Of a stretch of 64,000 nt of DNA, positions 9,945 through 19,979 are shown in pieces. Numbering within the stretch: position 1 is the stretch's first letter; every line of letters begins with the position of its first letter. The translations under genes and the position numbers were made by a program. The stretch comes from Burkholderiales bacterium. Lineage in GTDB: Bacteria > Pseudomonadota > Gammaproteobacteria > Burkholderiales > SG8-41. The DNA lies in contig DATFWO010000285.1 of NCBI GenBank assembly GCA_035259205.1, positions 5,987 to 69,986 of the forward strand. Reading direction: 5' to 3'. Below the pieces are notes generated by a model that saw only the letters and a list, made by a program, of their open reading frames with translations, had not been told where the DNA came from and ran no database searches.

Positions 9945-10973
9945 ATGAGATTCGGTCTCTTTGGCAGCGCACAGACGACCACCGGCGAGGGCGCCATGGG
10001 GCCCGGCCAGGGGTTCAGGGATTACGTCGAGTTCACGATCGAGGCGGAAGCCCTCGGATATCACAGTGCGTTTCTCGTCGAGCATCACTTTACGGGCTGG
10101 AACCAGGTATCGGCGCCGCTCAATCTGCTCACGTGGGTTGCCGCGCGGACGACGACGTTGCGGGTCGGAACGGCGGTGATGGTGCTGCCCTGGCACAACC
10201 CCGTGCTCCTGGCCGAGCAGGCGGCAACCCTGGACCTGCTCTCGGGCGGGCGCCTGGACCTGGGAATAGGCAAGGGTTACCGCTACAACGAGTTCAACGG
10301 ATTTCGCATTCCCATGGAGGAAGCCGAGCCGCGCTTCGATGAGGCTCTCGACGTCATCATCAAGGCGTGGACCGCGACCGGCCGCTTCTCCCATCAGGGC
10401 CGGTACTGGCAGTTCGAAAATATCGCGGTGGAGCCGCCCCCGGCCCAGCAGCCGCATCCGCCGTTGTGGACGGCCGCCGGCAGTCCGGCGTCGATCCGGC
10501 GCGTCGCAGAGCGCCGCTGCAACCTCATGCTCGATCAGTTCGCGACGCCGCAGATCATCGGCGAGCGTATCGCCCTGTTCAGGAAGGAGCTCGAGGCGAG
10601 AGGGCGGCCGTTCGACCCGTTGACGGTCGCCGTCGCACGGGACGTCTACGTCGCCAAGGACCGGGCGGACAAGCTGGCGGCCCTGGAACGCAACGCGAAG
10701 TTTCGCCAGCGTACTGTCGAAGTGTCGCGAGTTCCGGGCCGGCTAGGCGGCTCGCACGTGCTCGCCTACGACCATACACCCGTGAGGAGCGAATCCGTCG
10801 CGTTGTATGGAACGCCCGACGAGATCATGGAGAAGCTCGAAGCACTGCGCGCCGTCGGAGTGAGCTACATCCTGGCCATCATCGGCGGCGGCTCGCGCGA
10901 AAGCCTGCGGCGCTTCGCCCGCGACGTCGCGCCGGCGTTCACGGGCGGCGAGCGTGCGACGGTGCGAAGCTGA
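9945..10973 (+). CDS. LLM-class (luciferase-like) flavin-dependent oxidoreductase
   Basis: 342 aa. MRFGLF...LGYHSAFLVEHHF...LGTAVMVLPWHNPVLLAEQAATLDLLSGGRLDLGIGKGY is typical of the bacterial luciferase-like monooxygenase family. Confidence 0.85.
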   Translation: MRFGLFGSAQTTTGEGAMGPGQGFRDYVEFTIEAEALGYHSAFLVEHHFTGWNQVSAPLNLLTWVAARTTTLRVGTAVMVLPWHNPVLLAEQAATLDLLSGGRLDLGIGKGYRYNEFNGFRIPMEEAEPRFDEALDVIIKAWTATGRFSHQGRYWQFENIAVEPPPAQQPHPPLWTAAGSPASIRRVAERRCNLMLDQFATPQIIGERIALFRKELEARGRPFDPLTVAVARDVYVAKDRADKLAALERNAKFRQRTVEVSRVPGRLGGSHVLAYDHTPVRSESVALYGTPDEIMEKLEALRAVGVSYILAIIGGGSRESLRRFARDVAPAFTGGERATVRS

Positions 10974-10987
10974 GAATTCAAGCTCAA

Positions 10988-11101
10988 TTTCCAGCTGCAG
11001 ATGAATGCGGATAAGCGCAGAGCTTAAAGTTCAGGTCAAGATCAATACGCAATTGGGTTCGACCTTATCTGCGTTTATCTGTGTGTATCTGCGGCTGGAA
11101 A
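10988..11101. repeat. Inverted pair of 10-nt-period tandem arrays (GCAGAT-type units, 3 per arm), long imperfect hairpin
   Basis: Left arm TTTCCAGCTGCAGATGAATGCGGATAAGCGCAGAG. The right arm reverse-complements to TTTCCAGCCGCAGATACACACAGATAAACGCAGATAAGG. GCAGAT-type units start at 10997/11007/11017 and ATCTG at 11067/11077/11087. Lies 3' of the LLM gene. Confidence 0.8.
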
Positions 11102-11179
11102 GCCGGTGGATTATTACCGGTGGCGCCTTTCGCGGCGACCGCATAAACTTTCAGCAGCCGCTACACCGGGAGCAAGCTA

Positions 11180-12493
11180 ATGGCTACCTTTCTGAAACGC
11201 CGCATCAATCAGGCGCAGTCTGACGCCGCCGACCTCGAAGTGCGCCAGACGGTCGAACGGATCATCGGCGATATCGGAAAGCGGGGCGATGCCGCCGTGC
11301 GCGAGTTGTCGGCGAAGTTCGATCGCTGGTCGCCGGTGAGCTTCCGCTTGACGCAGACGGAAATCGACAAGCTCGTGCGGGAAGTACCAGAAGGAACCCT
11401 GGCCGATATCCGCTTCGCACAGGAGCAGATCCGAACCTTCGCGCAGCATCAGAAGGACGCGCTGCGCGATCTGGAGGTGGAAATCCGGCCGGGGGTGAAG
11501 CTCGGGCACAGGAACATCCCCGTGGAGAGCGTCGGGTGCTACGTGCCGGGAGGCCGCTATCCGATGGTCGCTTCGGCGCACATGAGCATCGTCACGGCTA
11601 GGGTGGCTGGCGTAAAGCGCGTAGTTGCATGCACCCCGCCCAACGCCGGCACGCCGCACGCGGAGACGATCGCGGCCATGGCGCTCGGCGGCGCCGACGA
11701 GATATATGTGCTGGGCGGGGTTCAGGCGGTTGCCGCGATGGCGCTCGGCACGGAAAGCATGCCTGCAGTGGACATGTTGGTCGGGCCCGGCAATGCCTAC
11801 GTGGCGGAAGCCAAGCGGCAGCTCTTCGGCCGGGTGGGCATCGATCTTCTCGCCGGGCCGACGGAAATTCTGGTGATCGCAGACGAGGGTGCCGACGTCG
11901 AAATGGTGGCGGTCGACCTTCTCGGGCAAGCCGAGCACGGTCCCACCAGCCCGGCCACTCTCATCACCACGTCGCGGGCGCTGGGCGAAGGTCTGCCGGC
12001 CGAGATCGATCGCCAGCTGAAGGCGCTGCCCACGGCCGATGTCGCGGGCGTGGCGTGGCGCGACTACGGCGAGATCATCGTCGTAGACACGCCCGAGGAG
12101 GCGGTCCGCGAGGCCGATCGCGTGGCTGCCGAGCACGTCGAAGTACTGACCCGTGATCCGCGCTGGTTCCTCGATCGCATGAAGAACTACGGCGCGGCGT
12201 TCCTCGGCCCGGAGACCAACGTCGCCTACGGCGACAAGGTTATCGGTACGAACCACACGCTGCCCACGCGTGGCGCGGCGCGCTACACGGGAGGGCTGTG
12301 GGTCGGGAAGTTCATGAAGACCTGCACCTATCAGGAATGCACGCCGGAAGCGAGCGTGGAGATCGGTGACTACTGCTCGCGCCTGTGCGCGATCGAGCGT
12401 TTCTGGGGCCACAAGGAGCAGGCCGACCTGCGGCTGCGCCGCTACGGCGGCAGGGATGTCGGCCTGCACCGCACGAAGCCGGGACGGGCATGA
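11180..12493 (+). CDS. Histidinol dehydrogenase-family NAD-dependent 4-electron alcohol dehydrogenase (paralogue outside a his operon)
   Basis: 437 aa. ...[31 protein letters not shown]..., ...[14 protein letters not shown]... are typical of the HisD family. No other his genes are nearby. Confidence 0.85.
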   Translation: MATFLKRRINQAQSDAADLEVRQTVERIIGDIGKRGDAAVRELSAKFDRWSPVSFRLTQTEIDKLVREVPEGTLADIRFAQEQIRTFAQHQKDALRDLEVEIRPGVKLGHRNIPVESVGCYVPGGRYPMVASAHMSIVTARVAGVKRVVACTPPNAGTPHAETIAAMALGGADEIYVLGGVQAVAAMALGTESMPAVDMLVGPGNAYVAEAKRQLFGRVGIDLLAGPTEILVIADEGADVEMVAVDLLGQAEHGPTSPATLITTSRALGEGLPAEIDRQLKALPTADVAGVAWRDYGEIIVVDTPEEAVREADRVAAEHVEVLTRDPRWFLDRMKNYGAAFLGPETNVAYGDKVIGTNHTLPTRGAARYTGGLWVGKFMKTCTYQECTPEASVEIGDYCSRLCAIERFWGHKEQADLRLRRYGGRDVGLHRTKPGRA

Positions 12494-13281
12494 GCGTTGC
12501 GGCTGCGCTGCCGGGCGTTTTGAGCGGCTGCCGACTGGATGGCCGCGTCGCACTGGTCACGGGAGCCGGACGCGGGCTGGGGCGGGCAGCGGCGGTCGGG
12601 CTGGCGCAGGCCGGAGCCGAGGTCTACCTCGTCAGCCGCACCTCGAGCGATCTCGAGCAGGCTGCCGATACGATACGCGCGGACGGAGGCGCCGCAACTC
12701 CGCTGGTGTGCGATGTCACCGACGGTCGCCAGGTGCGCGATGCGCTCGCGCGGATGCGGCAGCTCGATATCCTGGTCAACAACGCCGGGGGCAATATCCC
12801 GGAGCCGTTCGTCGAGGTCACGGAGGAACGCCTCGATCGCGTGCTCAACCTCAACGTGCGCGCGGCATTTCTCGTGGCGCAGGCGGCGGCGCGCAAGATG
12901 CTCGAGGCGGCCGACCGCAGGGAGAGCGGCGGCGCGATCGTCAACGTTTCATCGCAGATGGGGCACGTCGGCGCCGCGGGACGCACCGTCTACTGCATGA
13001 CCAAGCACGCGCTCGAGGGCTTCACCAAGGCGCTCGCGGTCGAGCTCGCGCCGCACAACATCCGGGTGAATTCGATCGCGCCGACGTTCATCGAAACGCC
13101 GATGACCGCGCCGTTCTTCGAGGAGCCGCGCTTTCGCGAGTGGGTGCTCAACCGCATCCCGCTCGGCAGGCTGGGCCGGCTGGATGAAGTATCGGCGGCG
13201 GTCGCATTCCTCGTGTCTCCTGCTGCCTCCCTCATCACCGGCGCAAGCCTGTTGGTAGACGGGGGATGGACGGCACAGTAG
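12490..13281 (+). CDS. Short-chain dehydrogenase/reductase (SDR)
   Basis: Track ORF 12385-13281 trimmed to ATG 12490, which overlaps the HisD-like stop (ATGA). 263 aa with [16 protein letters not shown] (TGxxxGxG), NNAG, and S...YxxxK (YCMTKHA). Confidence 0.85.
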   Translation: MSVAAALPGVLSGCRLDGRVALVTGAGRGLGRAAAVGLAQAGAEVYLVSRTSSDLEQAADTIRADGGAATPLVCDVTDGRQVRDALARMRQLDILVNNAGGNIPEPFVEVTEERLDRVLNLNVRAAFLVAQAAARKMLEAADRRESGGAIVNVSSQMGHVGAAGRTVYCMTKHALEGFTKALAVELAPHNIRVNSIAPTFIETPMTAPFFEEPRFREWVLNRIPLGRLGRLDEVSAAVAFLVSPAASLITGASLLVDGGWTAQ

Positions 13282-13567
13282 GGGCTGCGGAAGCGCCAGG
13301 ACAGGTCCGGGCGACCACATTCTGAACCTGGACTGCCGCGCTGCCGGGCACACGTCGCAATTGCCGGCCGCAAGCTGGAAAATCCTGTTAAGCTCACTCC
13401 CCACACCGTCGCCCGTAGTTTCCACGAGGGAAACGCAATGTACCAGCCGCGGCGCAATACGAATGTGAGCAGTGTACTGGTTGGGTTGAAGGTAGTGGAC
13501 CGGACACAGTACGAAGCAGGGACATCGTGCCCCGAGTCACGGGCCGCTTAACGACAGGAGAGATCAG

Positions 13568-15217
13568 ATGGCAACCGTCACCGGTAACGACCTCATGGCC
13601 GATTCGCTCAAGCGCATCGGCATCGAGAACTTCTTTTTCCTCATGGGCGGCCCCATGAACGATGCGCTGCCGCGCATCATGAAGAAAGGCATACGCGGCA
13701 TCGACGTGCGCCACGAGCAGGCGGCGGCGATGGCGGCGCATGCCTACGCGCGCGTCAGGAACGTTCCAGGCTTGTGCATGGCGGCATCCGGCCCCGGCAC
13801 CATCAACCTCACCACGGGAATCGCGAACGCGATGATTGATTGTGCGCCGGTGGTGGCCTTCGGCGGGGCGAGCCCGATCATCGGTTACGGCACGGGCGCG
13901 TTCCAGGAAATCGACCAGGTCGCGATCATGAAGCCCGTCACCAAGTGGGCCGACCGCGCCTACGAGCCGCGCCGCATTCCCGAGCTGATCGACCTCGCAT
14001 TCCGGCAGTCGATATCCGGCAAGCCGGGGCCGGTCTATCTCGATTTTCCGCAGGACGTGCTCTACGGCGAGGTCGACGAGGAGAAGGTGCGGTGGCCCGA
14101 TTTCTCCAAGACCCTGCAGCGCAGCAAGGCGCAGGGCGATCCCCGGCTCATCGATGAGGCGCTCAAGCTGCTGGAGAAAGCGCAGAAGCCGGTCGTCATT
14201 TCAGGCAGCGGTATCCTGTGGTCCGACGGCACTGAGCCCCTGCGCAAGTTCGTCGAGAAGAGCGGCATCCCGATCTACACCACGCCTCAGGGACGCGGCG
14301 TGCTGCCGGAGGACCATCCGCACGCGTTCCTCAACGCGCGCTCGACCGCCATGCGCGATGCCGATCTCATTCTCGTCGTCGGCACCCGGTTGAACTACGT
14401 GTTTGGTCACCTGAAGCCGCCCCGCGTGTCCGCGACGGCGAAAGTCGTGCGCATCGATATCGACCCAGGCGAGATCAGCGGAAGCCAGCGCCTGGACGTC
14501 GGCATCGTCGGCGACGCAGGGACCGTCATGCAGCAGTTCATCGACGCGGCCGACGGCCGCATCAAGGATTCCCAGTTCGCCGAGTGGCGCAAGCACCTCG
14601 CCGAGGTCGAGGCGGCCAAGAAGCCCGAGTCGGAAAAGGCGATGTTCACCGAGAAGCTGCCGATCCACCCGCTGCGCCTGTGCAAGGAAGTCCGCGATTT
14701 CATGGACCGTGACGCGATCCTGTGCGTGGACGGCCAGGAAATCCTGAATTTCGGCCGCCAGTCGATCCCGACGTTCGTTCCCCGGCACCGCTTGAATTCC
14801 GGGCCGTTCGGCTGCATGGGCGTAGGCATGCCGTTTGGCGTCGGCGCCAAGGTGGCCAAGCCCGACAAGCAGGTGGTCGTGCTGCACGGCGACGGCTCGT
14901 TCGGCCTCAATGCGCTCGAGTTCGACACTGCTACGCGCCACAACATCCCGGTGATCGTCGTCATCAGCCTGAACGGCGGCTGGACCGCAGATCCCAAGAA
15001 GGAGAAGCCCGGGCGTGACCTGGGCTACACGCGCTTCGACCTCATGGCGAAAGATTTCGGCGCCCACGGCGAGTACGTCGAGAACCCGGACGACGTACGT
15101 CCGGCGCTCGACCGTGCAAAGAGCGCGATCAGGAATGGCAAGCCGGCGCTGGTCAACGTGGTGACCGACTGGACGGCAAGGGCGACCACCGTCGCGTTCT
15201 CGAAGAGCATGACATAG
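13568..15217 (+). CDS. Thiamine-diphosphate enzyme, oxalyl-CoA decarboxylase / 2-hydroxyacyl-CoA lyase / acetolactate synthase-like
   Basis: 549 aa. N-terminal Pyr domain (RHEQAAAMAAHAYARV..GPGTINLTTGIANAMID) and C-terminal PP domain (LHGDGSFGLNALEFDTATRHNIPVIVVISLNGGW). RBS GGAGAG upstream. Confidence 0.85.
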   Translation: MATVTGNDLMADSLKRIGIENFFFLMGGPMNDALPRIMKKGIRGIDVRHEQAAAMAAHAYARVRNVPGLCMAASGPGTINLTTGIANAMIDCAPVVAFGGASPIIGYGTGAFQEIDQVAIMKPVTKWADRAYEPRRIPELIDLAFRQSISGKPGPVYLDFPQDVLYGEVDEEKVRWPDFSKTLQRSKAQGDPRLIDEALKLLEKAQKPVVISGSGILWSDGTEPLRKFVEKSGIPIYTTPQGRGVLPEDHPHAFLNARSTAMRDADLILVVGTRLNYVFGHLKPPRVSATAKVVRIDIDPGEISGSQRLDVGIVGDAGTVMQQFIDAADGRIKDSQFAEWRKHLAEVEAAKKPESEKAMFTEKLPIHPLRLCKEVRDFMDRDAILCVDGQEILNFGRQSIPTFVPRHRLNSGPFGCMGVGMPFGVGAKVAKPDKQVVVLHGDGSFGLNALEFDTATRHNIPVIVVISLNGGWTADPKKEKPGRDLGYTRFDLMAKDFGAHGEYVENPDDVRPALDRAKSAIRNGKPALVNVVTDWTARATTVAFSKSMT

Positions 15218-15223
15218 CTAACG

Positions 15224-15257
15224 CGGTAAGCAGTAACCGGCGAGCGTGAGCGGTTGG
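15224..15257. repeat. Degenerate heptamer tandem array (CGGTAAG CAGTAAC CGGCGAG ...)
   Basis: Read directly, immediately 3' of the ThDP gene stop (15215-15217), between convergent genes. Confidence 0.55.
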
Positions 15258-15307
15258 TCCGCCCACTGCCGAGCGCTTGTTCGCGTTTGAGTGCCTTCAA
15301 GGCTGAT

Positions 15308-16072
15308 TTAGAGGCCGACGCGGCGTATCGTATTGCCCAGTATTTCGTAGAGCGCGTAATAGCTGCTCAGCAGGGAACGCGCATCCGGAACCAGATCGCC
15401 CGATCCGCTGAAGCCATGCGACACCATCATGGTCGGCGCGGGTATGACTTCGAAGCCGGCTGCTTCGAACTCCGCCCTGGCACGCGACATGTCCACCTCG
15501 TGCGCGACGAGCGCGACGCGTCTGATCCCCTGCGGCAGCAGAATTTCCGCCGAAAGCCGGGCGTTCTCGCGGGTATTGCGTGAACGCTGTTCGGTCCACG
15601 CTGCGGTAACGCCGAACTCCTCGAGCAGCACCTGCTGCATGACCTGGGCTTCGGTGATGCTGTCGTTCTTGATGCCGCCCGACACCAGTACCGGCACGCC
15701 GGTCTTGCGGGCGACCCGCGCGCCGTAGCGTACGCGATCCAGCGTCAGTCGCCCGACTGTAGGACCGCCGTATTCCGGCGCGTATCCTCGAATGCCACCG
15801 CCCAGTATGACCACAGCCTGGGCGTCGCGCGCCTTGGCGATGTCCAGCGCCGGGCCTTGGTCGAAGTGGCGGAGCAACGCCTGGGATACCGCCGGCGTCG
15901 CGAGCGCCAGGAGCAAAGCAAGTCCGAACCAGGCGAGCGCGCGACCGAGCCGCGGCCGCCGGTTCAGCAACAACAAGCCGGCGAACGCAAGGATGAAAGG
16001 GCCGTTCGGCGGCAGCACGACCGTGGCGAGCAGGTGTCTCAGGGGGAACAGTTCCATCGAGGGAAGCTCCAT
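15308..16072 (-). CDS. DUF218 / YdcF-ElyC-SanA family membrane-anchored protein
   Basis: 254 aa. N-terminal hydrophobic segments, AVVILGGGIR, VLVSGG, NTRENA are typical of the DUF218 family. The start could alternatively be the second MEL (16057). Confidence 0.75.
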   Translation of the reverse strand: MELPSMELFPLRHLLATVVLPPNGPFILAFAGLLLLNRRPRLGRALAWFGLALLLALATPAVSQALLRHFDQGPALDIAKARDAQAVVILGGGIRGYAPEYGGPTVGRLTLDRVRYGARVARKTGVPVLVSGGIKNDSITEAQVMQQVLLEEFGVTAAWTEQRSRNTRENARLSAEILLPQGIRRVALVAHEVDMSRARAEFEAAGFEVIPAPTMMVSHGFSGSGDLVPDARSLLSSYYALYEILGNTIRRVGL

Positions 16073-16173
16073 GGTTGCACTTCGATTACCCTCCCGTCAT
16101 TGCGTTGGTCGGAAAATCATCCACGATATCCACAAGCCCGGGGCGCTCTTCGCTTGGTCCACGCATGATGCGA

Positions 16174-17451
16174 CTATCGACTCAGCGGCAGCGTGAGCAG
16201 CGGCCGATCGCCGGGCTTGGCCAGCAGGTCGAGCCGCGTGAGCTCCATCAGGAGTGAGAACGTTGCCTTCGTCTCGTGGTCTGCGGCATCGACGTAGAAC
16301 CAGTATCCCTGGTAGAAGACCGCTACGTGCGCGCCCGCGGGCGGCGCATCGCCCTTCATCGAGCGTGCACGGAACACCCCGCTCATTACCTGCTGCCAGT
16401 CAAACGGCCTGCCGTCTTCGGCGAGCGTCGTGCGGGCGATGCCGCTTGTGCTGTGCTCGGCCGGAATGTCGATCCCGTGCGACACGAAGTACATCGCCTG
16501 CAAAAGCGAGCGGGTTTCGAGGTCGATCACCGTGTATCCTTCCGGCGACTCGCGCTGGGCGAACGGAGGCAGTGCGTCCACCGTGACGTCGTACTTCGCC
16601 AGTCCCGGCTTGAGGCGGAATGCGCGCACGAACTCCCGCGCCGTAGCGCCGTCCAGCGCGGCCGGATCGAGATAGAGCAACGGCTGCCGTATTTTTTTCC
16701 CGAGCGTCCAGGTCTTGCCGTCCGGGTCCGGCCGCAGCTCGTATCCGTTCTTCGCCGCCTCGATCACGGCCGCCGCATTCACCTGGGCCGCCGGAATCGG
16801 GCCGCCTGCAGATTCAAACCGCTCCTCGGTGGAGAACACCGCCTGGCCGAGGGTCTGAAGCTCCTGCAAGGCAAGCACGCCCGCCACGAAATTGGAAAAG
16901 GGCGGAGCTTTCTTCGGGGTCGGCCCGCTCGCCAACTCGGCGTTGGGCACCCAGTTGAGATTCTCGAGATAGAGCCGGAAGACGGTGCCGATGGGCCAGG
17001 TGGTCTTGGCGAGGTAGAGGACGCCGTCCAGGGTCAACGGCGTGAACAACCTGCGCGTGAACTCCGCATCGTCGATGGGCACGAGGCTGATGGTCGGGCG
17101 GTCGGCGTAGGAGACGCTGGCCCCGGGAACGATCGCGGTGTAGCTGCGGTTGGGCTCCGCGCCGGAAGACACGAAGAATGGAGTGAGCTGCAGCTGCCGC
17201 ACCAGCTCGAACTGGGCCGCGATATTGGCGACCGAGAGGCTGCTCGGGGTGTCCGTGTAGCGCAGGCGGACGATGTTGAGGAGAAGCTGTTGTTCCGTGG
17301 TCGTTTTCACGACCTCGTTGTAATGCAGCCGCGTCTCCTGCAGCTTGAGCGGACCGCTGCCGCAACCCGCGAGCAGTGTGGCGACAAGGAGCGCGCCGGC
17401 AACCGGCGAGCGGGAAAAGGCGCGCGCGGTGTCGGTCGCGCAGCTCGGCAT
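16174..17451 (-). CDS. Lipoprotein of unknown function
   Basis: 425 aa. Signal peptide with lipobox LLAGC. Composition is not shadow-ORF-like. I recognise no family. Confidence 0.7.
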   Translation of the reverse strand: MPSCATDTARAFSRSPVAGALLVATLLAGCGSGPLKLQETRLHYNEVVKTTTEQQLLLNIVRLRYTDTPSSLSVANIAAQFELVRQLQLTPFFVSSGAEPNRSYTAIVPGASVSYADRPTISLVPIDDAEFTRRLFTPLTLDGVLYLAKTTWPIGTVFRLYLENLNWVPNAELASGPTPKKAPPFSNFVAGVLALQELQTLGQAVFSTEERFESAGGPIPAAQVNAAAVIEAAKNGYELRPDPDGKTWTLGKKIRQPLLYLDPAALDGATAREFVRAFRLKPGLAKYDVTVDALPPFAQRESPEGYTVIDLETRSLLQAMYFVSHGIDIPAEHSTSGIARTTLAEDGRPFDWQQVMSGVFRARSMKGDAPPAGAHVAVFYQGYWFYVDAADHETKATFSLLMELTRLDLLAKPGDRPLLTLPLSR

Positions 17452-17464
17452 TGCCGGCCCGGGA

Positions 17465-18595
17465 TCAGCCGCCGTTGAACTTGAAGCCGTACAGCCTGGC
17501 GGCGTTGGTGCAGGTCATCTTGTAGCGGTCCGACTCGGATACGCCGGCGAAGTCGTGCTCTATGCTTTCGCGCGAGCGCGGCCAGGTCGAGTCGGTGTGC
17601 GGGTAGTCCGATGACCACATCAGGTTGTCCACACCGGTGAACTCGCGCGTGAACACTCCCACGCGATCCATGATGAACGAGGCCGAGAAGTTGCGGTGGA
17701 AATATTCGCTCGGCTTCAGTTCCAGGTGTATGCCGTTCTGGCGCGAGTAGCGCGCGTCGCCGCGGTCGAGGCGGGCGAGCAACCAGGGCAGCCACCCGGT
17801 GTCGGCCTCGGCGATTACGAGCTTCAGGCGCGGATGGCGGTCGAGCAGGGGGCTGGTGATGATCTCGCCCATCGTCAGCATCACCTCCATGGGGTTCTCG
17901 GGATACCGCGCGGCGCCCCTCTTTTCCCGGGTGAAGCGGAAGTTCGAATTGCGGCTGCTGGTGAGGGTGTGGATGCTGATCGGCAGGCCGATGTCCTCGG
18001 CAGCCGCCCATAGTGGCTCGTAGAGCGGCTCGCTGTACTCGGCGCCCTCGGGCGGCACCGCGGCGACCATGGCGCCTCGCATGCCCCGTTTCGCCCAGTG
18101 CTGGAGATTCTTCGCAGCGCGATCGACGTCGTGCACCGAAATGAGCGCGAGACCCACCAGGCGCTCCGGCGCATGGCTGCACATTTCCACGAGCCAGTCG
18201 TTGTAGGCGTTGAACGACGCTTCCTGCAGCTCGCCGTTCGGCATCGCGTAGAGATTCATCGCGTAGGTGGGGTATAGAACCTCGGCCGAGACGCCATCGA
18301 TCTCCTGGTCCTTCAATCGCGCCACGGGATCGTATCCGCCGGGGCGCAAGTCCTTATGGTGAATATCCTTGAACTTGACGAGGTCCTCCTTGGGTACGCC
18401 GGTTGCCGCGATGCTCTCGATCGATCGCGGATTGATGCCCTCGGCAACGAACCAGGTGCCCGGCTTGCCCTGGTAGTCGGCCACAAAGCGCGGCCCGTTT
18501 GCGCGGAATTTCCGGTCGAGCCGCGCCTCCCACAGATCCACCGGCTCGAAAACGTGTGAATCCGCAGAAATGACTGTGTTTCCATTCGTCGCCAT
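17465..18595 (-). CDS. Amidohydrolase-2 family (ACMSD / aromatic-acid decarboxylase / hydrolase type)
   Basis: 376 aa. VISADSHVFEP near the N-terminus, ...MWSSDYPH near the C-terminus (metal-binding motifs of the family). GGAGGA RBS upstream. Confidence 0.85.
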   Translation of the reverse strand: MATNGNTVISADSHVFEPVDLWEARLDRKFRANGPRFVADYQGKPGTWFVAEGINPRSIESIAATGVPKEDLVKFKDIHHKDLRPGGYDPVARLKDQEIDGVSAEVLYPTYAMNLYAMPNGELQEASFNAYNDWLVEMCSHAPERLVGLALISVHDVDRAAKNLQHWAKRGMRGAMVAAVPPEGAEYSEPLYEPLWAAAEDIGLPISIHTLTSSRNSNFRFTREKRGAARYPENPMEVMLTMGEIITSPLLDRHPRLKLVIAEADTGWLPWLLARLDRGDARYSRQNGIHLELKPSEYFHRNFSASFIMDRVGVFTREFTGVDNLMWSSDYPHTDSTWPRSRESIEHDFAGVSESDRYKMTCTNAARLYGFKFNGG

Positions 18596-18897
18596 GGCTC
18601 CTCCGCCGGTTCAGGAATCGGTGTGCAGCATCGCTCTGCCGGTGCAGAGCGCGCAACGTGCCGGCCATTGTAGCGCCGGCGGCGAAGCCCGAGCGGCCCA
18701 GTCCAGCATAGGGAACGCTCCGGCCACCTGCCGGCCGGACACGGTTGCCATGCGGCTCGCATGATAGGCAGCGGTTGTCCAATAAGCTGTTGAAACCATT
18801 CAGCAACGACCCAGCTTGCGTAGTGCGTTACGGCCGTCGGCGGCGAGGGGGCGTCGCTATCCGTTTCTGGAGTTTGGCGGGGAGCAGGACAGCAATT

Positions 18898-18986
18898 GCG
18901 CAGAACTGCTGGCTGATGCGCGCTGAACGGTGGACCGTGAGCAGTGAACAGTAAACAGTAAACACTAAACAGTGAGCAGTTCTGCG
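18898..18986. repeat. Eight tandem heptamers (GAACGGT GGACCGT GAGCAGT GAACAGT AAACAGT AAACACT AAACAGT GAGCAGT) bracketed by an 11-bp perfect inverted repeat
   Basis: Heptamers at 18925-18980 read directly. CGCAGAACTGC (18899-18909) is the exact reverse complement of GCAGTTCTGCG (18976-18986). Lies just 3' of the Bug gene stop (18999). Confidence 0.85.
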
Positions 18987-18998
18987 ACTCGTCGCCCC

Positions 18999-19979
18999 CT
19001 ACTCGAGCCTGATCCCTGCAGCTTTGATCACTTTGCCCATGCGCGCCATCTCCGATTTCATCGTTGCGGTCAGTTCCTCTGGTGAGCTGGCGACTATCTC
19101 CACGCTGGCAAGGAGAAACTTTTCCCTGACGTCGGGCCGGGTGAGCACGCCGACGATTTCCTGATTCAATCGCTTGACGAGCGCACCGGGCGTCCGGGCT
19201 GGAACGAGCACGGCGTACATGGCAACGCACTCGTAGCCGGGCAGGCCGGCTGCCGCCATGGTCGGAAATCCGGCCGCCAGCCCGGACGGCTTGGCGCTGG
19301 TAACCGCCAGGCCTCGCAGTCTGCCGCTCCGGATATGAGGAAGCGCGGCGTTGGCGTTCGGAAACATCATCTGCACGCGTCCTCCCATCACGTCGGTGAC
19401 TGCCAGTCCCACTCCTTTGTATGCGATGTGCACGATATCGATGCCGGACATGGCCTTGAACAGCTCCGCCGAGAGATGCGGTATGGCGCCAGACGGCCCG
19501 GTGGCGAAGTTGAGCTCTCCCGGTCTGGCCTTGGCGAGGGAGATCAAATCCCGGACGGTAGTCGCGGTTACGGAGGGATGAACGACGAGGATCATGGGAG
19601 AACTGCCCACCAAGGTGATCGGAGCAAAATCCTTCAGCGGGTCGTAGGACGTCCGGGAGCGCATGAGTGGAATGAGCCAGAGCGTGTTGCTGTACGTGAA
19701 AAGGGTATAGCCATCGGGCGCGGCCTTGGCTGCGATGTCGGCGATGATGATGCCCCCCACGCGGTTATCCACTATCACCTGCTGGCCCAGGCTGGTGGAG
19801 AGCCCCTGCGCGATCAGCCGGGCCGAGAGATCGCTGCCGCCGCCGAGCTCCGCTGTCAGCATGCGCACGGTTTTCGCGGGATAGGCCTGGTCGGCGGCGC
19901 CGCTAGCGCCGCAAACAGCCAGCGCGGCCACCACCACGAGCGCGCGCACCGCACCGCCGATTGGACATGCGTACTTCAC
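18999..19979 (-). CDS. Bug/TctC-family periplasmic solute-binding protein
   Basis: Track ORF 18999-20102 trimmed to GTG 19979, giving signal peptide VKYACPIGGAVRALVVVAALAVCGASGAA, then DQAYPAKTVRML..., DNRVGG, PDGYT, FATGPSGAIPHL, HIAYKG. The start is uncertain. Confidence 0.8.
   Translation of the reverse strand: MKYACPIGGAVRALVVVAALAVCGASGAADQAYPAKTVRMLTAELGGGSDLSARLIAQGLSTSLGQQVIVDNRVGGIIIADIAAKAAPDGYTLFTYSNTLWLIPLMRSRTSYDPLKDFAPITLVGSSPMILVVHPSVTATTVRDLISLAKARPGELNFATGPSGAIPHLSAELFKAMSGIDIVHIAYKGVGLAVTDVMGGRVQMMFPNANAALPHIRSGRLRGLAVTSAKPSGLAAGFPTMAAAGLPGYECVAMYAVLVPARTPGALVKRLNQEIVGVLTRPDVREKFLLASVEIVASSPEELTATMKSEMARMGKVIKAAGIRLE

Noticed and set aside
11005-11223. 72-aa plus-strand ORF inside the 10988-11101 repeat element
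   Set aside because: It is a translation of repeat DNA with no RBS, it overlaps the HisD-like start, and its composition is driven by the repeat units.
11180-12493. Histidine biosynthesis operon
   Set aside because: The HisD-family gene stands alone among oxidoreductases with no other his genes. It is treated as a paralogue of unknown substrate.
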